A stretch of 64,000 nt of DNA from a virus. The notes under the pieces are model-generated. The model was not told the origin of the DNA, ran no database searches, and worked only from the letters and a program-made list of their open reading frames with translations. The stretch spans positions 1 through 64,000 of the IMG/VR virus record IMGVR_UViG_3300032069_000007, one strand, 5' to 3'. The position numbers and the translations under genes were made by a program. Shown piece after piece: positions 1 to 10,251 of the stretch; position 1 is the stretch's first letter, and each line of letters begins with the position of its first letter.

Positions 1-108
1 AAATAGAGCGGGCTATCGTCAAGGGGCAGATCGCGGGGCTGGAGGCGCGGCTGCAAGAGCTGGATCGGGTTCAGGCGATCCAAAGTTGAACGAAAGGGGG
101 AGATCGAG

Positions 109-489
109 ATGGTTGTAATGCACAGCGACAAAACTGGTCGCCGACTACTGGGCTGGGAGGATTACTGCATCGCCGAGTACGCGATGATCCCAGATTTGAC
201 GCTGGCCGCGCTTCACCGCTACGTGGAGGAGGGATGCCCGACCGGGGGTTTCCTTCGCGCGGTGTTGGTCCATGAGCTGTTCTGGGCCGTGGCGACCGCT
301 GACGCCCAGAACCTGGCCGCGCTCAGGAAAATATGCCTGCTGATCCACAGCTGCGCGCCGGGGGATTGCCATGGGTCCGAGAAGGCGGTTGACGAGTGGA
401 TTGCACTGGGCGGCTGCCGGGGCTGGGAGGCACAGCAGGCGCGGGTCAGGGAACAGCAGGAGGGCGCCAATGCTCTGCCAGCAGTGTGA
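109..489 (+). CDS. hypothetical phage protein
   Basis: ORF with purine-rich RBS (aaggggga); protein-like composition. Confidence 0.6.
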   Translation: MVVMHSDKTGRRLLGWEDYCIAEYAMIPDLTLAALHRYVEEGCPTGGFLRAVLVHELFWAVATADAQNLAALRKICLLIHSCAPGDCHGSEKAVDEWIALGGCRGWEAQQARVREQQEGANALPAV

Positions 490-546
490 GGACGCGGAGG
501 CGATGGTGCGGGAGCGCGAATCGGTCGCGACGATACAGAAGGGGGG

Positions 547-996
547 ATGAAATTGGAGGCTGTGACAACATTGGAGCTCGTGGCCGAGGGCCAGGCGGAG
601 GCCATCTCGGACGAGGAGGTAGTCCTGCTGGTTCTACGGACCCGGGAGTATGAGGCTACGGCGCGAGATGCGAGGAAGCAGGCCGAGAAGGAGCTCGAAA
701 AGCGGCTGCGCGCGCGGTCGGGAAGGGCGATAGTCGTTGACGACCTGGTTGCTTCTCTTAGGGCCGGCAGCAGGACGGAATACGACTACCCGGTGCTAGA
801 GCATTTGTATGACCTCGTTGGCGAGCGGGCAATCGCCCGGGTCGCTCTTGAAAACGCGAGCGGCGGGTTTGTCGATGCGCTACTGGAAGAGTATCCGAAC
901 GCGGCCGGAATCATCATCGCCGCCCGGGTCGTGACGGAGACTGAGGAGAGGATCAAGATCAAGAAGTGCAAACGGGGGAAGGGGGCGAGCGAATGA
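547..996 (+). CDS. hypothetical phage protein (helical)
   Basis: RBS gaagggggg before ATG; stop overlaps next start (ATGA). Confidence 0.65.
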   Translation: MKLEAVTTLELVAEGQAEAISDEEVVLLVLRTREYEATARDARKQAEKELEKRLRARSGRAIVVDDLVASLRAGSRTEYDYPVLEHLYDLVGERAIARVALENASGGFVDALLEEYPNAAGIIIAARVVTETEERIKIKKCKRGKGASE

Positions 997-1256
997 GCGA
1001 TGGGCAGAGGAGGAGCCCGGGCCTGAACCTCGTCGGTTGCTTTGGGGCCATAACCCTTGGCGCCCTGCTCTGGCTGGCGATCATTCAGGGCGTCCGGTGG
1101 TGTCGTGCAGTCCTTCAGGGGCCGTACGCCCACGAGTGCTTTGCAAATCTCTTTTGGATCGCCCTTGGCGTCCTGGCCCTCTGGTGCATGTGGCAACTAG
1201 CGCGGCTCGAAGCGCGAGGCCAGTCTGGACGGAAAGGAGGCACGCACAGACTTTAA
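993..1256 (+). CDS. small membrane protein (2 predicted TM segments)
   Basis: Two hydrophobic stretches; ATG at 993 coupled to upstream stop. Confidence 0.55.
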   Translation: MSDGQRRSPGLNLVGCFGAITLGALLWLAIIQGVRWCRAVLQGPYAHECFANLFWIALGVLALWCMWQLARLEARGQSGRKGGTHRL

Positions 1257-1341
1257 CTGATTTGGGCCTGGAAGCGGCTTCCCAGCCAACCCCCAGGCCC
1301 GCACTTAGGACATAGAGGAGACACAAGGAGTATAACACGAA

Positions 1342-2475
1342 ATGGCAACAGAAACAAGTCAAAAAGAGACGGCGCTCGCAACGTTCGGCGGGTTCGCGGT
1401 GGATGAGATTATCCCAAGGAAGCTCTATCGGGACCGCAAGTTCCGCGAGCACTTCAACGTCCTCTTTAGTGAGAGCGTGTTCGAGATGGTCCCACCAATC
1501 TACCGACCGATGATCGGGATGGTTGTGATTGACCTCTCGGGTGAGACGTACGCAATCCCCGGGAGCCAGGATCGCGGCCTCTCAAAGGTCGCTATCTCCA
1601 AAATCGGAAACGAGAGGGGCCTATCCTTCGAGGCTCCAATCCAAGTATCGCCCCACTCTGATGTGAACAACTACGAGTTCTGCTCCTTTGCCCTCGGTCG
1701 CGCGTACGATGGGAACTTCCAGCGCGTCCCCGGAACCGCGCACTGGCACTGGGAAGTTGCGCTGGATAAGAATGAGCGCATTGGGATCAAGAAGGGCGAG
1801 AAGGACCCGAAGGCATATGCGCTTCGCCGGACAAGGGAAGAGAGGGACTATGCAGCAGAGCGGACAGCCACCAGGTCGATGCTGAGCGCGGCGCGATTCT
1901 TCTGCTCGCTGAAGACTTCCTATACAGTCGAAGAAGTGAAAAAGCCGTTCCTTGTCGCCAAACTCGTCCCGAACACGGACGATCCGGCAATACATGCGGC
2001 GATGGTTCAGAATGCTGTCCTCGGGGTTCAGATGCTGTATCCCGCTGCGCCCCTGCCCGCCGAGCTCGTCGCGGCCCTGCCGGTTGAGGTCGCCCCAGAC
2101 CTCCCGAATGGCGATGAAAACCAGGAGGAGCCGCAAGCGACCACGGACCCCCAGAACCCCGAACCCCAGGCAACCGATGCCCCACCGCCGGTCGACGAGC
2201 AGGTGCCGGTTGACGCAGAGACCAGTGAAGGCGAACCCCTGAGTCTTGTCCATCCGACTCCAGCGGAACAGCGCCAGGCCGAGAAACGCGAAATAATCGA
2301 GGACCTGAACGCCTCGGCCGCTGGCGGACAACTTGACAAGGCCACGCTACGGGACATCATACGCGACGTCCTGGGTTTGCGGAACGGGCAGGCCACGCCC
2401 CACCTGTCGCTTCTCGACCTGCCGAGTTTGCGTAGCGTCCGGGCGCGTGCGAGAGAGGCGAAGGCAAGGGCATGA
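1342..2475 (+). CDS. conserved-looking phage protein with acidic/Pro linker; possible recombination (annealing) protein
   Basis: Strong RBS aaggag; position upstream of sbcD/sbcC; function inferred from context only. Confidence 0.5.
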   Translation: MATETSQKETALATFGGFAVDEIIPRKLYRDRKFREHFNVLFSESVFEMVPPIYRPMIGMVVIDLSGETYAIPGSQDRGLSKVAISKIGNERGLSFEAPIQVSPHSDVNNYEFCSFALGRAYDGNFQRVPGTAHWHWEVALDKNERIGIKKGEKDPKAYALRRTREERDYAAERTATRSMLSAARFFCSLKTSYTVEEVKKPFLVAKLVPNTDDPAIHAAMVQNAVLGVQMLYPAAPLPAELVAALPVEVAPDLPNGDENQEEPQATTDPQNPEPQATDAPPPVDEQVPVDAETSEGEPLSLVHPTPAEQRQAEKREIIEDLNASAAGGQLDKATLRDIIRDVLGLRNGQATPHLSLLDLPSLRSVRARAREAKARA

Positions 2476-3005
2476 TAACCAGAACTGTCGTGGACGGCGA
2501 AACGACGAGGCTGGAATTGTCCATAGAGGGAAGTGTCGATGCTCTGTGGGTTTCCCTGTCCAGTCTCCCGCAATCTCGCGACCGCTACCCGCACCTAGAT
2601 GAAATCCACCCTTTGAGTGTCGATCCGGTCATCAGGGGGTCAGTTTGGCTCACTGGGAACCAAAGCTGCGCTGCCGAGAAGAACGAACGCGGGCCGTTGC
2701 GGTTGATCTGTGTGCGCGGCGGGGATCACTCCTGGCCGGACGGGATCGAACCGCTTATCGTCGACCTTGGCCAGAACCTCATGGCGAGGGCCAACGAGGT
2801 CGAGCCCCTGGTTCGACTAATCGAGCAGCAGTCGCAATCACTTGTGGACGCGGTCCTCGGTATAGATGCGCAACTCGCCGAACTCCGAGAGAGGGCCGAC
2901 CTCTGTTGGGAACGTTCTCTACCGCCGAAACCAGCGACTACCGAACCGGGACGTGGCATCCGATGGCCGTGGTCTCTGCGCAGAAGGGAGCCGGAATCGC
3001 CATGA
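2472..3005 (+). CDS. hypothetical protein
   Basis: ATGA overlaps with both neighbours. Confidence 0.6.
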   Translation: MITRTVVDGETTRLELSIEGSVDALWVSLSSLPQSRDRYPHLDEIHPLSVDPVIRGSVWLTGNQSCAAEKNERGPLRLICVRGGDHSWPDGIEPLIVDLGQNLMARANEVEPLVRLIEQQSQSLVDAVLGIDAQLAELRERADLCWERSLPPKPATTEPGRGIRWPWSLRRREPESP

Positions 3006-4177
3006 GGATCGCTGCGTTTGCGGACTGTCACATTGGCAACTACGGGACAAAACTCGACCCCGAGACGGGTCTCAACGCGCGATTGATTGACTGCGTGAAC
3101 TCGCTGCGGTTTGTGTGCGAGGATGCCAAGGCGCGCGGGGCTGAGGTTATACTGTTCGCCGGGGACATGTTCCGATCGCCCACAGCAAAACCGACGCCGA
3201 CGGAGCTGGTGTTGGCGGCGGACGGCCTGGTCGGCGACCTCCCGGTGATAGGGATTGATGGGAACCACGACGTCCCCCGATCAATCGGAGAGGTAACTGC
3301 CCTGGCACCCTTGCCGAGCAACGGGTGGTCTGAGAGGACCAGGCCAGAGATTGAGATCGTGGAGTCAGAGGAGTGGCGTCTTCAGCTCGCCTACCTCCCC
3401 TGGCCGAACAGGTCGGCGCTGGCGGCAGCGGTGCCGGATTACCACAAGGTCTCGCCGCAGGATGCGGATCGGCTTGTCGCGGCGCATCTGCAGAGCATCC
3501 TGCGGGGCCTGGCGGCCCAACTCAATCCCTCGATGCCCTCGATCCTCCTGGCGCACATCTCAATAGACAGCGCAGAGGTCGGGGCCGAGCGGCAGATCAT
3601 GGCCGGGCGGGACATCACGATTCCGCTCTCGGCAATCCCGGAGGAGTTCGGGTTCGCGGTTCTCGGTCACGTCCACAAACCCCAGGACTTCGCGCGTCAG
3701 GGTAGGCCGAACGTGTTCTACTGCGGTTCGACCGAGCGGGTGGATTTTGGAGAGGAAACGGAAGAAAAGTCCTACGTCCTCCTGGACACGGACGCGGGAA
3801 CCTGGGAGCGAGTGCCGATTCCGTGCAGGGAATACAAGACGTTCAACTATGAACTTTGCGCGGACGGTCACGAGGGCGAGGATTTCGACTGCAACATGGA
3901 CCGCCAGGCCATCTGCCGTGTGAGGATCAAGCGCCCAGAGAACATGCGCCCAGATTATGCCAAACTCCAGAAATGGGCCGAGGAGTCCGGGTCTTGGGAC
4001 TTCAGGGGCTTCGTCGAGGAGGTCGAGCGCACCGCGGCGGTCCGGTCCAAAGAGATTGTTGAGGCCAAGTCGCTGACGGAACTCCTGGAGGTCTGGCACG
4101 AAGCAAAAGGCTGCGGTGTGCCGCTCGACCACCTTACCACCGCTGCGGTTAGCCTGGAGAGGACGGTGCTCAAATGA
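3002..4177 (+). CDS. sbcD: SbcD/Mre11-family metallophosphoesterase nuclease
   Basis: Motifs ADCHIG, AGDMF, GNHD, LAH, LGHVHKPQ, YCGS; true start ATG 3002 (MRIAAFADCH). Confidence 0.92.
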   Translation: MRIAAFADCHIGNYGTKLDPETGLNARLIDCVNSLRFVCEDAKARGAEVILFAGDMFRSPTAKPTPTELVLAADGLVGDLPVIGIDGNHDVPRSIGEVTALAPLPSNGWSERTRPEIEIVESEEWRLQLAYLPWPNRSALAAAVPDYHKVSPQDADRLVAAHLQSILRGLAAQLNPSMPSILLAHISIDSAEVGAERQIMAGRDITIPLSAIPEEFGFAVLGHVHKPQDFARQGRPNVFYCGSTERVDFGEETEEKSYVLLDTDAGTWERVPIPCREYKTFNYELCADGHEGEDFDCNMDRQAICRVRIKRPENMRPDYAKLQKWAEESGSWDFRGFVEEVERTAAVRSKEIVEAKSLTELLEVWHEAKGCGVPLDHLTTAAVSLERTVLK

Positions 4178-6288
4178 GACCCACTCGATTGACCCTACAG
4201 AACTATAGGAGCTTTCAAGACGTTGACCTGGACCTCTCGGGGATCGAGGCTGCGGCCATAACCGGGGCAAATGGCGCGGGGAAGAGCTGCCTCGCTGAGA
4301 GCGTTCTCTACGCGCTCTTTGGCGAGGGGCGCTCGTCAACCGTAGATGGGGTCGTCCGACTCGGGGAGCGCGACTCCAGCGTGAAACTGGAGTATCTCCA
4401 CGACGGCGCCACGTACTCGGTGATCCGGAAGCGCAGCCGGGGCCAGAAAAGTGAGCTGCAGTACCTAATGCGCGGGCGCGACGACGATCTTTGGCGGGCG
4501 CTCTCCGAGGCATCAATCGCAGAAACGCAGGCGAAGATCATCAAGGACTTGGCGATGGACGGCGCACTCTTCCGCCATTCCAGCTTCGTAGGCCAGGGGG
4601 AGAGCGCCGCCTTCTGCGAGGCGACGCCGGCTGAGCGTAAGGCCGTGCTCTACGGGATCCTGGAGGATAGACTTGCGCAATTCGCAGCGCTACACGAGGC
4701 CGCGAAGGCGACTGTGAAGGCACTCGACGAGGCGCTGGCGGTAGCGGCTGCCAGTCGTGAGCGGCTCCAGACCCTGGTTGCGATGCGTGAGACCACTGAG
4801 ACAGCGAGGGCTGGCGCCGAGGAACAACTCGATCTCGCCCGCGGCAAGGTTGCGAAGGAGGAAGAGCGGACAAACACCCTGCGTGAGTCGCTCGCACAGC
4901 ATGAGGCCGCCCTGAACCGCTTGGCCGCTGCCAGAGCGGAGTGTACCAAACTGGAGGGCGAGGGCGCCGATCTCGCACGCCAACAAGATGAGTGGCAAAC
5001 CATCCTCGATGCCGACCAGGCATTACTGCGGGAGGCCGAGGTCATCCGGCGAGATGCCGAGGTAGCCGACCGGCTGGAGGCCGACCTTAAAGAGTTTGCC
5101 GAGAGGCGGCAGGCACTGCAGTTGGCCGAATCTGCGCACGAACGCGCCGAGGCCGACTGCAAGGCCGCCCAGGATCAGTACAACCGGGCACTCGACCACG
5201 CAGGCGCGGCCGGTCGAGTCCCGTGCCTGGAGACGGACCTAGCGCCGCGTTGCCCCCTGCTGCTCCTTGCGCAGTCCACCGCATCCGACGACGAACTGAC
5301 GATCCTCGATGAGCACTGCAAGAAGGCAGACCAGGCCCACCGGGAGGCCTACGCCGCGTGGGAGAGTGCCGATAGCGCCTACGATGAGAGGGCCCACAGG
5401 GAGGCCCAGGCAGACTACGACACCCGCGTTTGGGCCCGGCCAGAACTCGCCAACCTGGCCGGTGCGGAGGCGCGCGCGGAGGGGGCGAAGACTGCCCTGC
5501 GGGAAGTCGCGAAGCGGCAGGAAACGACCGAGCGGGAATTGAGTGAACTCCGTCAGGAATGCACCGACCTGGACCTCAAGACCGCCGGTGCCGAGGCCCT
5601 CGCCGAATCTCTGCGCGTTGCTGAAGCACTCCTCGAGGCCGCGCGCTCCGAGGTCGAACAGTACACTCGCGAGGTCGCCATCAACGACGAGCGTCTGCGG
5701 CAGGTCGCGGAGGCCTGGGTCGAGCTCGAGCACGTCGAGCAAGAGGTTGCCAACCAAGGGCGGACTCGCACGATCTATGCGACACTCCAGGAGGCGTTTG
5801 GCCGCGACGGAATCCCCGCGCTCATCATTGATGCGACAGTGCCGGCGCTCGAGGAGATCGCCAACGACATACTTGCTGGCTTGTCCGATGCTGGGATGAG
5901 CCTGAAATTCGCCACGCAGCGGCTCAAGGTCACAGGCGGGATCGCCGAGACGTTGGACATCATCGTCTCAGACCAGCTCGGGGAGCGCCCCTATGAGGAT
6001 TTTTCCGGCGGCGAGAAACTCAGGGTAGACCTGGCTGTGCGCATCGCCCTGGGGCGGTTGTTGGCACAGAGGACTGGGGCGCCGGTCCAACTTCTAGTTT
6101 TGGATGAAGCCTGCGCGCCCCTGGATCAACCTGGTGAGGACGCGCTTGTGGACTGTGTCAACAAACTCTCCTCCACTTTCGCATGCATCCTGGCGATCAG
6201 CCATCGCGAATCACTCCGAGACAGGTTGCCGCAGCAACTTCTTGTCAGCAAGGGGCCGGGCGGTTCTGTGGTGGAGGTGGTGCAGTGA
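4174..6288 (+). CDS. sbcC: SbcC/Rad50-family SMC ATPase
   Basis: Walker A GANGAGKS, Q-loop VGQG, coiled coil, signature FSGGE, Walker B LVLDE, ISH. Confidence 0.93.
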   Translation: MRPTRLTLQNYRSFQDVDLDLSGIEAAAITGANGAGKSCLAESVLYALFGEGRSSTVDGVVRLGERDSSVKLEYLHDGATYSVIRKRSRGQKSELQYLMRGRDDDLWRALSEASIAETQAKIIKDLAMDGALFRHSSFVGQGESAAFCEATPAERKAVLYGILEDRLAQFAALHEAAKATVKALDEALAVAAASRERLQTLVAMRETTETARAGAEEQLDLARGKVAKEEERTNTLRESLAQHEAALNRLAAARAECTKLEGEGADLARQQDEWQTILDADQALLREAEVIRRDAEVADRLEADLKEFAERRQALQLAESAHERAEADCKAAQDQYNRALDHAGAAGRVPCLETDLAPRCPLLLLAQSTASDDELTILDEHCKKADQAHREAYAAWESADSAYDERAHREAQADYDTRVWARPELANLAGAEARAEGAKTALREVAKRQETTERELSELRQECTDLDLKTAGAEALAESLRVAEALLEAARSEVEQYTREVAINDERLRQVAEAWVELEHVEQEVANQGRTRTIYATLQEAFGRDGIPALIIDATVPALEEIANDILAGLSDAGMSLKFATQRLKVTGGIAETLDIIVSDQLGERPYEDFSGGEKLRVDLAVRIALGRLLAQRTGAPVQLLVLDEACAPLDQPGEDALVDCVNKLSSTFACILAISHRESLRDRLPQQLLVSKGPGGSVVEVVQ

Positions 6289-6321
6289 AAAAGTGCTCGA
6301 AGTGCGGGGAGGATACATCCG

Positions 6322-6576
6322 TTGGCTAAACGCGTAGGATTTCGGCAACCCCGTAGCTTGCAATGCGAGGGGAAGACGAACTATCACACGCAGGCGGCAG
6401 CGGAGCGGCGGGCCTTGAAACTAAGAGGGAGGTCTGGGACTCCCATCGGCGACTACCCCTGCCCCCATTGTGGCGGCTGGCACGTAGGTCATCGAAAGCG
6501 AGACAACTTTGGCCGGGGGTCGGGTCAAATGCGTACCCTGCAAACTGAAACTGTCCCCGACCCCCGGCCCGAATGA
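6322..6576 (+). CDS. small zinc-binding hypothetical protein
   Basis: C-x2-K...Y.CPHCGGWHVGH motif typical of small phage proteins; start uncertain. Confidence 0.55.
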   Translation: MAKRVGFRQPRSLQCEGKTNYHTQAAAERRALKLRGRSGTPIGDYPCPHCGGWHVGHRKRDNFGRGSGQMRTLQTETVPDPRPE

Positions 6577-6893
6577 AAGGAGGTTCGGATTTGAGCGAGA
6601 TTAGGAAATTCGTCTGCGACTTTTGCCGCGAAGAGTCTGCGGACCCGAGGACCTGGCTGGTCCTTGTCAGTGTCTTGGTGCAGCGTCTCAAGACGGGGAA
6701 AGAGGTGCTCAGGCGCAGGCGCGTGGAGTTCTGCGGGCCGGGTTGCCTCGACCACTGGCTGCATCGGGAGGTAGGGGAGGGCGTTTCCCGCACACGTGAC
6801 GGGGCACCCGAGGCCACTCACACGGGCACGCTGTCGGAGGCCCAGCTGCTTGCCGCCTGCGGTAAGGTCACGGCGGCAGCGCACGAGAACTGA
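6573..6893 (+). CDS. small Cys-motif hypothetical protein
   Basis: CDFC...FCGPGCL zinc ribbon pattern. Confidence 0.55.
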   Translation: MKGGSDLSEIRKFVCDFCREESADPRTWLVLVSVLVQRLKTGKEVLRRRRVEFCGPGCLDHWLHREVGEGVSRTRDGAPEATHTGTLSEAQLLAACGKVTAAAHEN

Positions 6894-6898
6894 GGGCG

Positions 6899-7105
6899 AT
6901 GGCGCATATCTGTGCGCACGAGTTGAAGAACGTGCCGCCCATCTGGGTGCCGCACGCGGACTGGGAGTGCCAGCACTGTTTCCGGCGGAGCGCGGCAGTG
7001 GCAAACAAGGGCCAGCGGCCTTACAGTCCACAGCGGCCAGCCAGAAACCAGGCACGGACGTTGGCAGATGAAGATCTGGAGGAGGAAGATGGGGAGTCCC
7101 TATAA
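6899..7105 (+). CDS. small hypothetical protein
   Basis: RBS gaggg; CAH...CQHC motif. Confidence 0.45.
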   Translation: MAHICAHELKNVPPIWVPHADWECQHCFRRSAAVANKGQRPYSPQRPARNQARTLADEDLEEEDGESL

Positions 7106-7547
7106 GCACGTGAGACTGGATTGGTTTCGGAAACACCTCGAGGGCCTGGACGCACAGGAGATGAAGGCCCAGGGGTGGCGGGCCAAACCCATTCAGGTGT
7201 GGGAGGACAGGGCCGGGTTCGAGTGCCAGTTCCGGCCGCTCTCCGTGACGCTCTCGGCCCATCACGTCAGCGGCCGACGATGGTTGCGACTGAACATCGC
7301 ACACCCGAGTTCTATTCCGACCTACCTCGATGTGGCGAGGCTGAAGGATTTATTCATCGGGGTAAGTCTCGTCGGCGTCCAGCCATTCACCCCACTCACG
7401 AGGCTGGCGAACGGACAGCGGAACTTCATCGATGTGTGGGCCTGCCTTGATGGACTTGACCGGGGTGCGCTCTTGGATTTCGATGCCGCATTGGACGGAT
7501 CCACAGCGCAGGAAGCTCCTTCTGTCGGGGCGTCGCTGGATGGCTAG
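7089..7547 (+). CDS. hypothetical phage protein (DUF7694-like pattern)
   Basis: RBS ggagga; WLRLNIAHPSSIPTYLDVARLKDLF resembles a common phage family pattern (W.H.S.S...R.PTW.E...K..F). Confidence 0.55.
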   Translation: MGSPYKHVRLDWFRKHLEGLDAQEMKAQGWRAKPIQVWEDRAGFECQFRPLSVTLSAHHVSGRRWLRLNIAHPSSIPTYLDVARLKDLFIGVSLVGVQPFTPLTRLANGQRNFIDVWACLDGLDRGALLDFDAALDGSTAQEAPSVGASLDG

Positions 7548-7803
7548 GGTTGTCGATCTCACTAAATTGCACGACGGTAAGGAGGCTTGGTACGAGTTCC
7601 GGATCTCCGCTGCGCCGGGGGATTTCGAGCGCACGATCGCGAAACTCAAGCAGTTCGTGCCCCACGAGGACGGGAGTCGCGTCTACGATCCGGAGCGGAA
7701 ACGATGGGCTGTTCGTGAGAAATATGCGGACGTCCTGGCCAGGATATTTGAGAACTTCCAGGCCGCCAGGGACGCGCTCGAGAGCCAGGGGGCGCTGTTC
7801 TGA
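7540..7803 (+). CDS. small HARP-like domain protein
   Basis: R.YDPERKRW.V motif. Confidence 0.55.
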   Translation: MARVVDLTKLHDGKEAWYEFRISAAPGDFERTIAKLKQFVPHEDGSRVYDPERKRWAVREKYADVLARIFENFQAARDALESQGALF

Positions 7804-7825
7804 CGAGGAGAGAGCGAGGAAAGTA

Positions 7826-7990
7826 ATGGGCTCTACGCTGATAGTGAAGAATTGCTACGGCACGGTGATCGCCGAGAGTTCAGACGAGAACGAGATCGCC
7901 GCGGCGGTTAGGGCCATTGGCCAAGTGAGGACGGAGAAGAAGCAGGAGAAATCTTCGGAGGTGGGAGATGGCCAGACGCAGAATGATTGA
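7826..7990 (+). CDS. small hypothetical protein
   Basis: RBS gagga; fills gap before initiator. Confidence 0.45.
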   Translation: MGSTLIVKNCYGTVIAESSDENEIAAAVRAIGQVRTEKKQEKSSEVGDGQTQND

Positions 7991-8918
7991 CCCCTCGATC
8001 TGGGATGATGAGGATGTGGGCTCCCTGTCGGACGGCGCGTTCCGCCTGTTTGTCGCCTGCATTTCCAGCGCTGACGACTACGGCAAACTTGAGGGGTCAG
8101 CGATCCGTTTGCGTGGGATTGCCTTCCGATTCCGCAGTATTTCGATCGCGCGAGTCCAGAAATCTCTGGATGAGTTGGCCACGAAGGTTCGCAGCGTGCG
8201 GCGCTACGGCGTCAACGGTCGGGAATACATAAGGCTCGTCAACTGGGCCAAGTACCAAACCATCAATCGGGAATTCCCCTCCAAAATCCCGGACCCGCCA
8301 AACAACTTGGACCGCGACGGCGGATCGGTCACTGATCGCTCACGACCGAGTCATGAACCACTCCATGAGCGCTCACGTACACCACAAAAAGAGTCCCGTT
8401 CACGAGGGAAAAATGATGAGTCATGCACCGATCATGCACCAATCATTAACCAATCAGCCCTAAGAGAGAGAGAGAGAGAGAACAAGTTAGATAAGTTAGA
8501 TAAGAAGAGAGAGAGACGCGCGCATGGGCGCGCGACCACTGCCACTCTCGCCAAAAAATCAACCACCGAATCAGAGGAGTTCTCTCCAGCATACCAGGTC
8601 TGGGATCAGATTGCACCCGGAACGCTGAACCACCAAGTCAAGGGGCAGATTGATGCTTGCTGCCGGATTGCCGGCATCTACGCCACAATCGGCGCAATGC
8701 GGAAGAGCAGGAAGCTCGACATGACTTATATCCACGGCATAGTAGTCCACTCCAGGGAGGAGGGGACACTACAGGATCTGGAACAACTGGGCGGCAAGCC
8801 CGACGGCAGGAACCTGCAATTGGACCCTAGAGATCAGATAGCCGCCGAGAAAGCGTTTCACGAATCCCTCGACAAGATAGCGCCCCGGCTGCGAAAGGAC
8901 AAACCCAATGCCAAATGA
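7968..8918 (+). CDS. phage replication initiator (N-terminal winged-helix, replisome organiser type)
   Basis: MARRRMIDPSIW.DE...ADDYG N-terminus; low-complexity centre with DNA iterons; directly upstream of DnaB. Confidence 0.8.
   Translation: MARRRMIDPSIWDDEDVGSLSDGAFRLFVACISSADDYGKLEGSAIRLRGIAFRFRSISIARVQKSLDELATKVRSVRRYGVNGREYIRLVNWAKYQTINREFPSKIPDPPNNLDRDGGSVTDRSRPSHEPLHERSRTPQKESRSRGKNDESCTDHAPIINQSALRERERENKLDKLDKKRERRAHGRATTATLAKKSTTESEEFSPAYQVWDQIAPGTLNHQVKGQIDACCRIAGIYATIGAMRKSRKLDMTYIHGIVVHSREEGTLQDLEQLGGKPDGRNLQLDPRDQIAAEKAFHESLDKIAPRLRKDKPNAK
8329..8520. repeat. putative replication origin: two arrays of 11-bp-period TCA-initiated iterons plus (AG)n tract
   Basis: TC(A/C) units at 8329, 8340, 8351, 8362, 8373 and 8421, 8432, 8443, 8454; AG dinucleotide run ~8463-8481; AAGTTAGAT x2. 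Confidence 0.7.
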
Positions 8919-10251
8919 GCATGTACGGGACCCTGAATGTGTGCCCCCACAGAACATAGACGCCGAGCAAGCCACACTCGGGTCAATGATGCTCGACCGG
9001 CTGGCGATTCGCGTAGCGTCAGACATCGTCCGGGAGGGAGACTTCTACAGGCCAACCCACGGCATCATCTTCGACGCAATGTGCGCGGTTGACGCACGGG
9101 ATGAGCCGGTTGACCTTATCACACTGAAGGACGAGTTAATCACACGGGGAAGGCTCGAGGAGATCGGCGGCGTCGAGTATCTGATGGCACTGATCTCACA
9201 GGTGCCCTCTGCGTCGCGGGTTGAGCATTACGCCAAGATAGTCGAGGAGAAATCCCTCCTCCGGAGGATCATCTCTTGCGGAGCCCAAGTCACCGGCCTT
9301 GGTTACGCAGAGACAGACCGCGACGAGGCAATCGCCCGGGCGACCCAGATCATCTTGGGCCTGTCTGAGACGGCGCGGCTGGACGGCTTCCGGCACGTTC
9401 GGGATATTGTGACAGGGGTTTGGGAGGCGGTGCGGGAGGCTAAAACGACCGGTTCCGACATCGCAGGTCTAAGGACTGGTGTGCCCGGGCTCGACCGGAT
9501 TACGTGGGGACTGCCAGCGGGACTCACCCTTATAGCAGGCAGGCCCTCAACAGGAAAGACCAGCCTGCTGCTGCAGATTATGACCCGGAATCCCGGACCC
9601 TTTGCGTTTTTCTCCTTCGAGACAACCGGAGAGGCCCTAGTCCGCCGGATCATCGCGGCCGGCGCCGACGTCGAGGTTGCTCAACTGCGCACCGGCAACC
9701 TCAGCGAAGATGAGTTCGACCGCGTTCTGCGAGCTGTGAACGATGTTTACCAGCTCGACATCTACATCAGCGATCGATCCTGCGACATTGGCCGCCTGAT
9801 TGCAATGGCGAAGCGGGCGGTGCTGCAGTACGGCGTGCAGGCGATAATTGTTGACTACCTTCAACTCGTTCGGCCAGGGGCCTCAAGCCGGAGAGAGAAC
9901 CGGGAGCAGGAAGTCGCTTCCGTGACAAGGGGACTCAAGGGTCTTGCCCAGGACCTCCAGATCCCGGTAGTTGCGGCATCACAACTCAAGCGGCCGGAAC
10001 GGGGCAAAGAAGACCAGGAACCGACCCTGGTGGAGCTACGGGAAAGTGGCGAGCAGGAGGCGGCAGCCGACGTCGTAGTGCTGATCCACAATCCCAAACC
10101 ACCCGGCGCGGAGGATGACGGCTCTCCACGGTCCGCCAAGTTGATCGTCGCCAAGCAGAGAGATGGCCGGACCGCGCGCTGTCCGTGCATGTGGCGCGGA
10201 GCCTGGCTGCGGTTTTACGAAGCGAGCGATCGAGAGGAGGAATCAGAATGA
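8908..10251 (+). CDS. dnaB: replicative DNA helicase
   Basis: PPQNIDAEQATLG, AGRPSTGKT, IIVDYLQL, SQL.R, LRESGEQEAAAD, VAKQRDG. Confidence 0.96.
   Translation: MPNEHVRDPECVPPQNIDAEQATLGSMMLDRLAIRVASDIVREGDFYRPTHGIIFDAMCAVDARDEPVDLITLKDELITRGRLEEIGGVEYLMALISQVPSASRVEHYAKIVEEKSLLRRIISCGAQVTGLGYAETDRDEAIARATQIILGLSETARLDGFRHVRDIVTGVWEAVREAKTTGSDIAGLRTGVPGLDRITWGLPAGLTLIAGRPSTGKTSLLLQIMTRNPGPFAFFSFETTGEALVRRIIAAGADVEVAQLRTGNLSEDEFDRVLRAVNDVYQLDIYISDRSCDIGRLIAMAKRAVLQYGVQAIIVDYLQLVRPGASSRRENREQEVASVTRGLKGLAQDLQIPVVAASQLKRPERGKEDQEPTLVELRESGEQEAAADVVVLIHNPKPPGAEDDGSPRSAKLIVAKQRDGRTARCPCMWRGAWLRFYEASDREEESE

Noticed and set aside
2645-3001. N-terminal extension of SbcD in the ORF track (likewise upstream extensions at 10965, 20031, 37212, 52665)
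   Set aside because: Overlap upstream genes; conserved domains and RBS or coupling point to later starts
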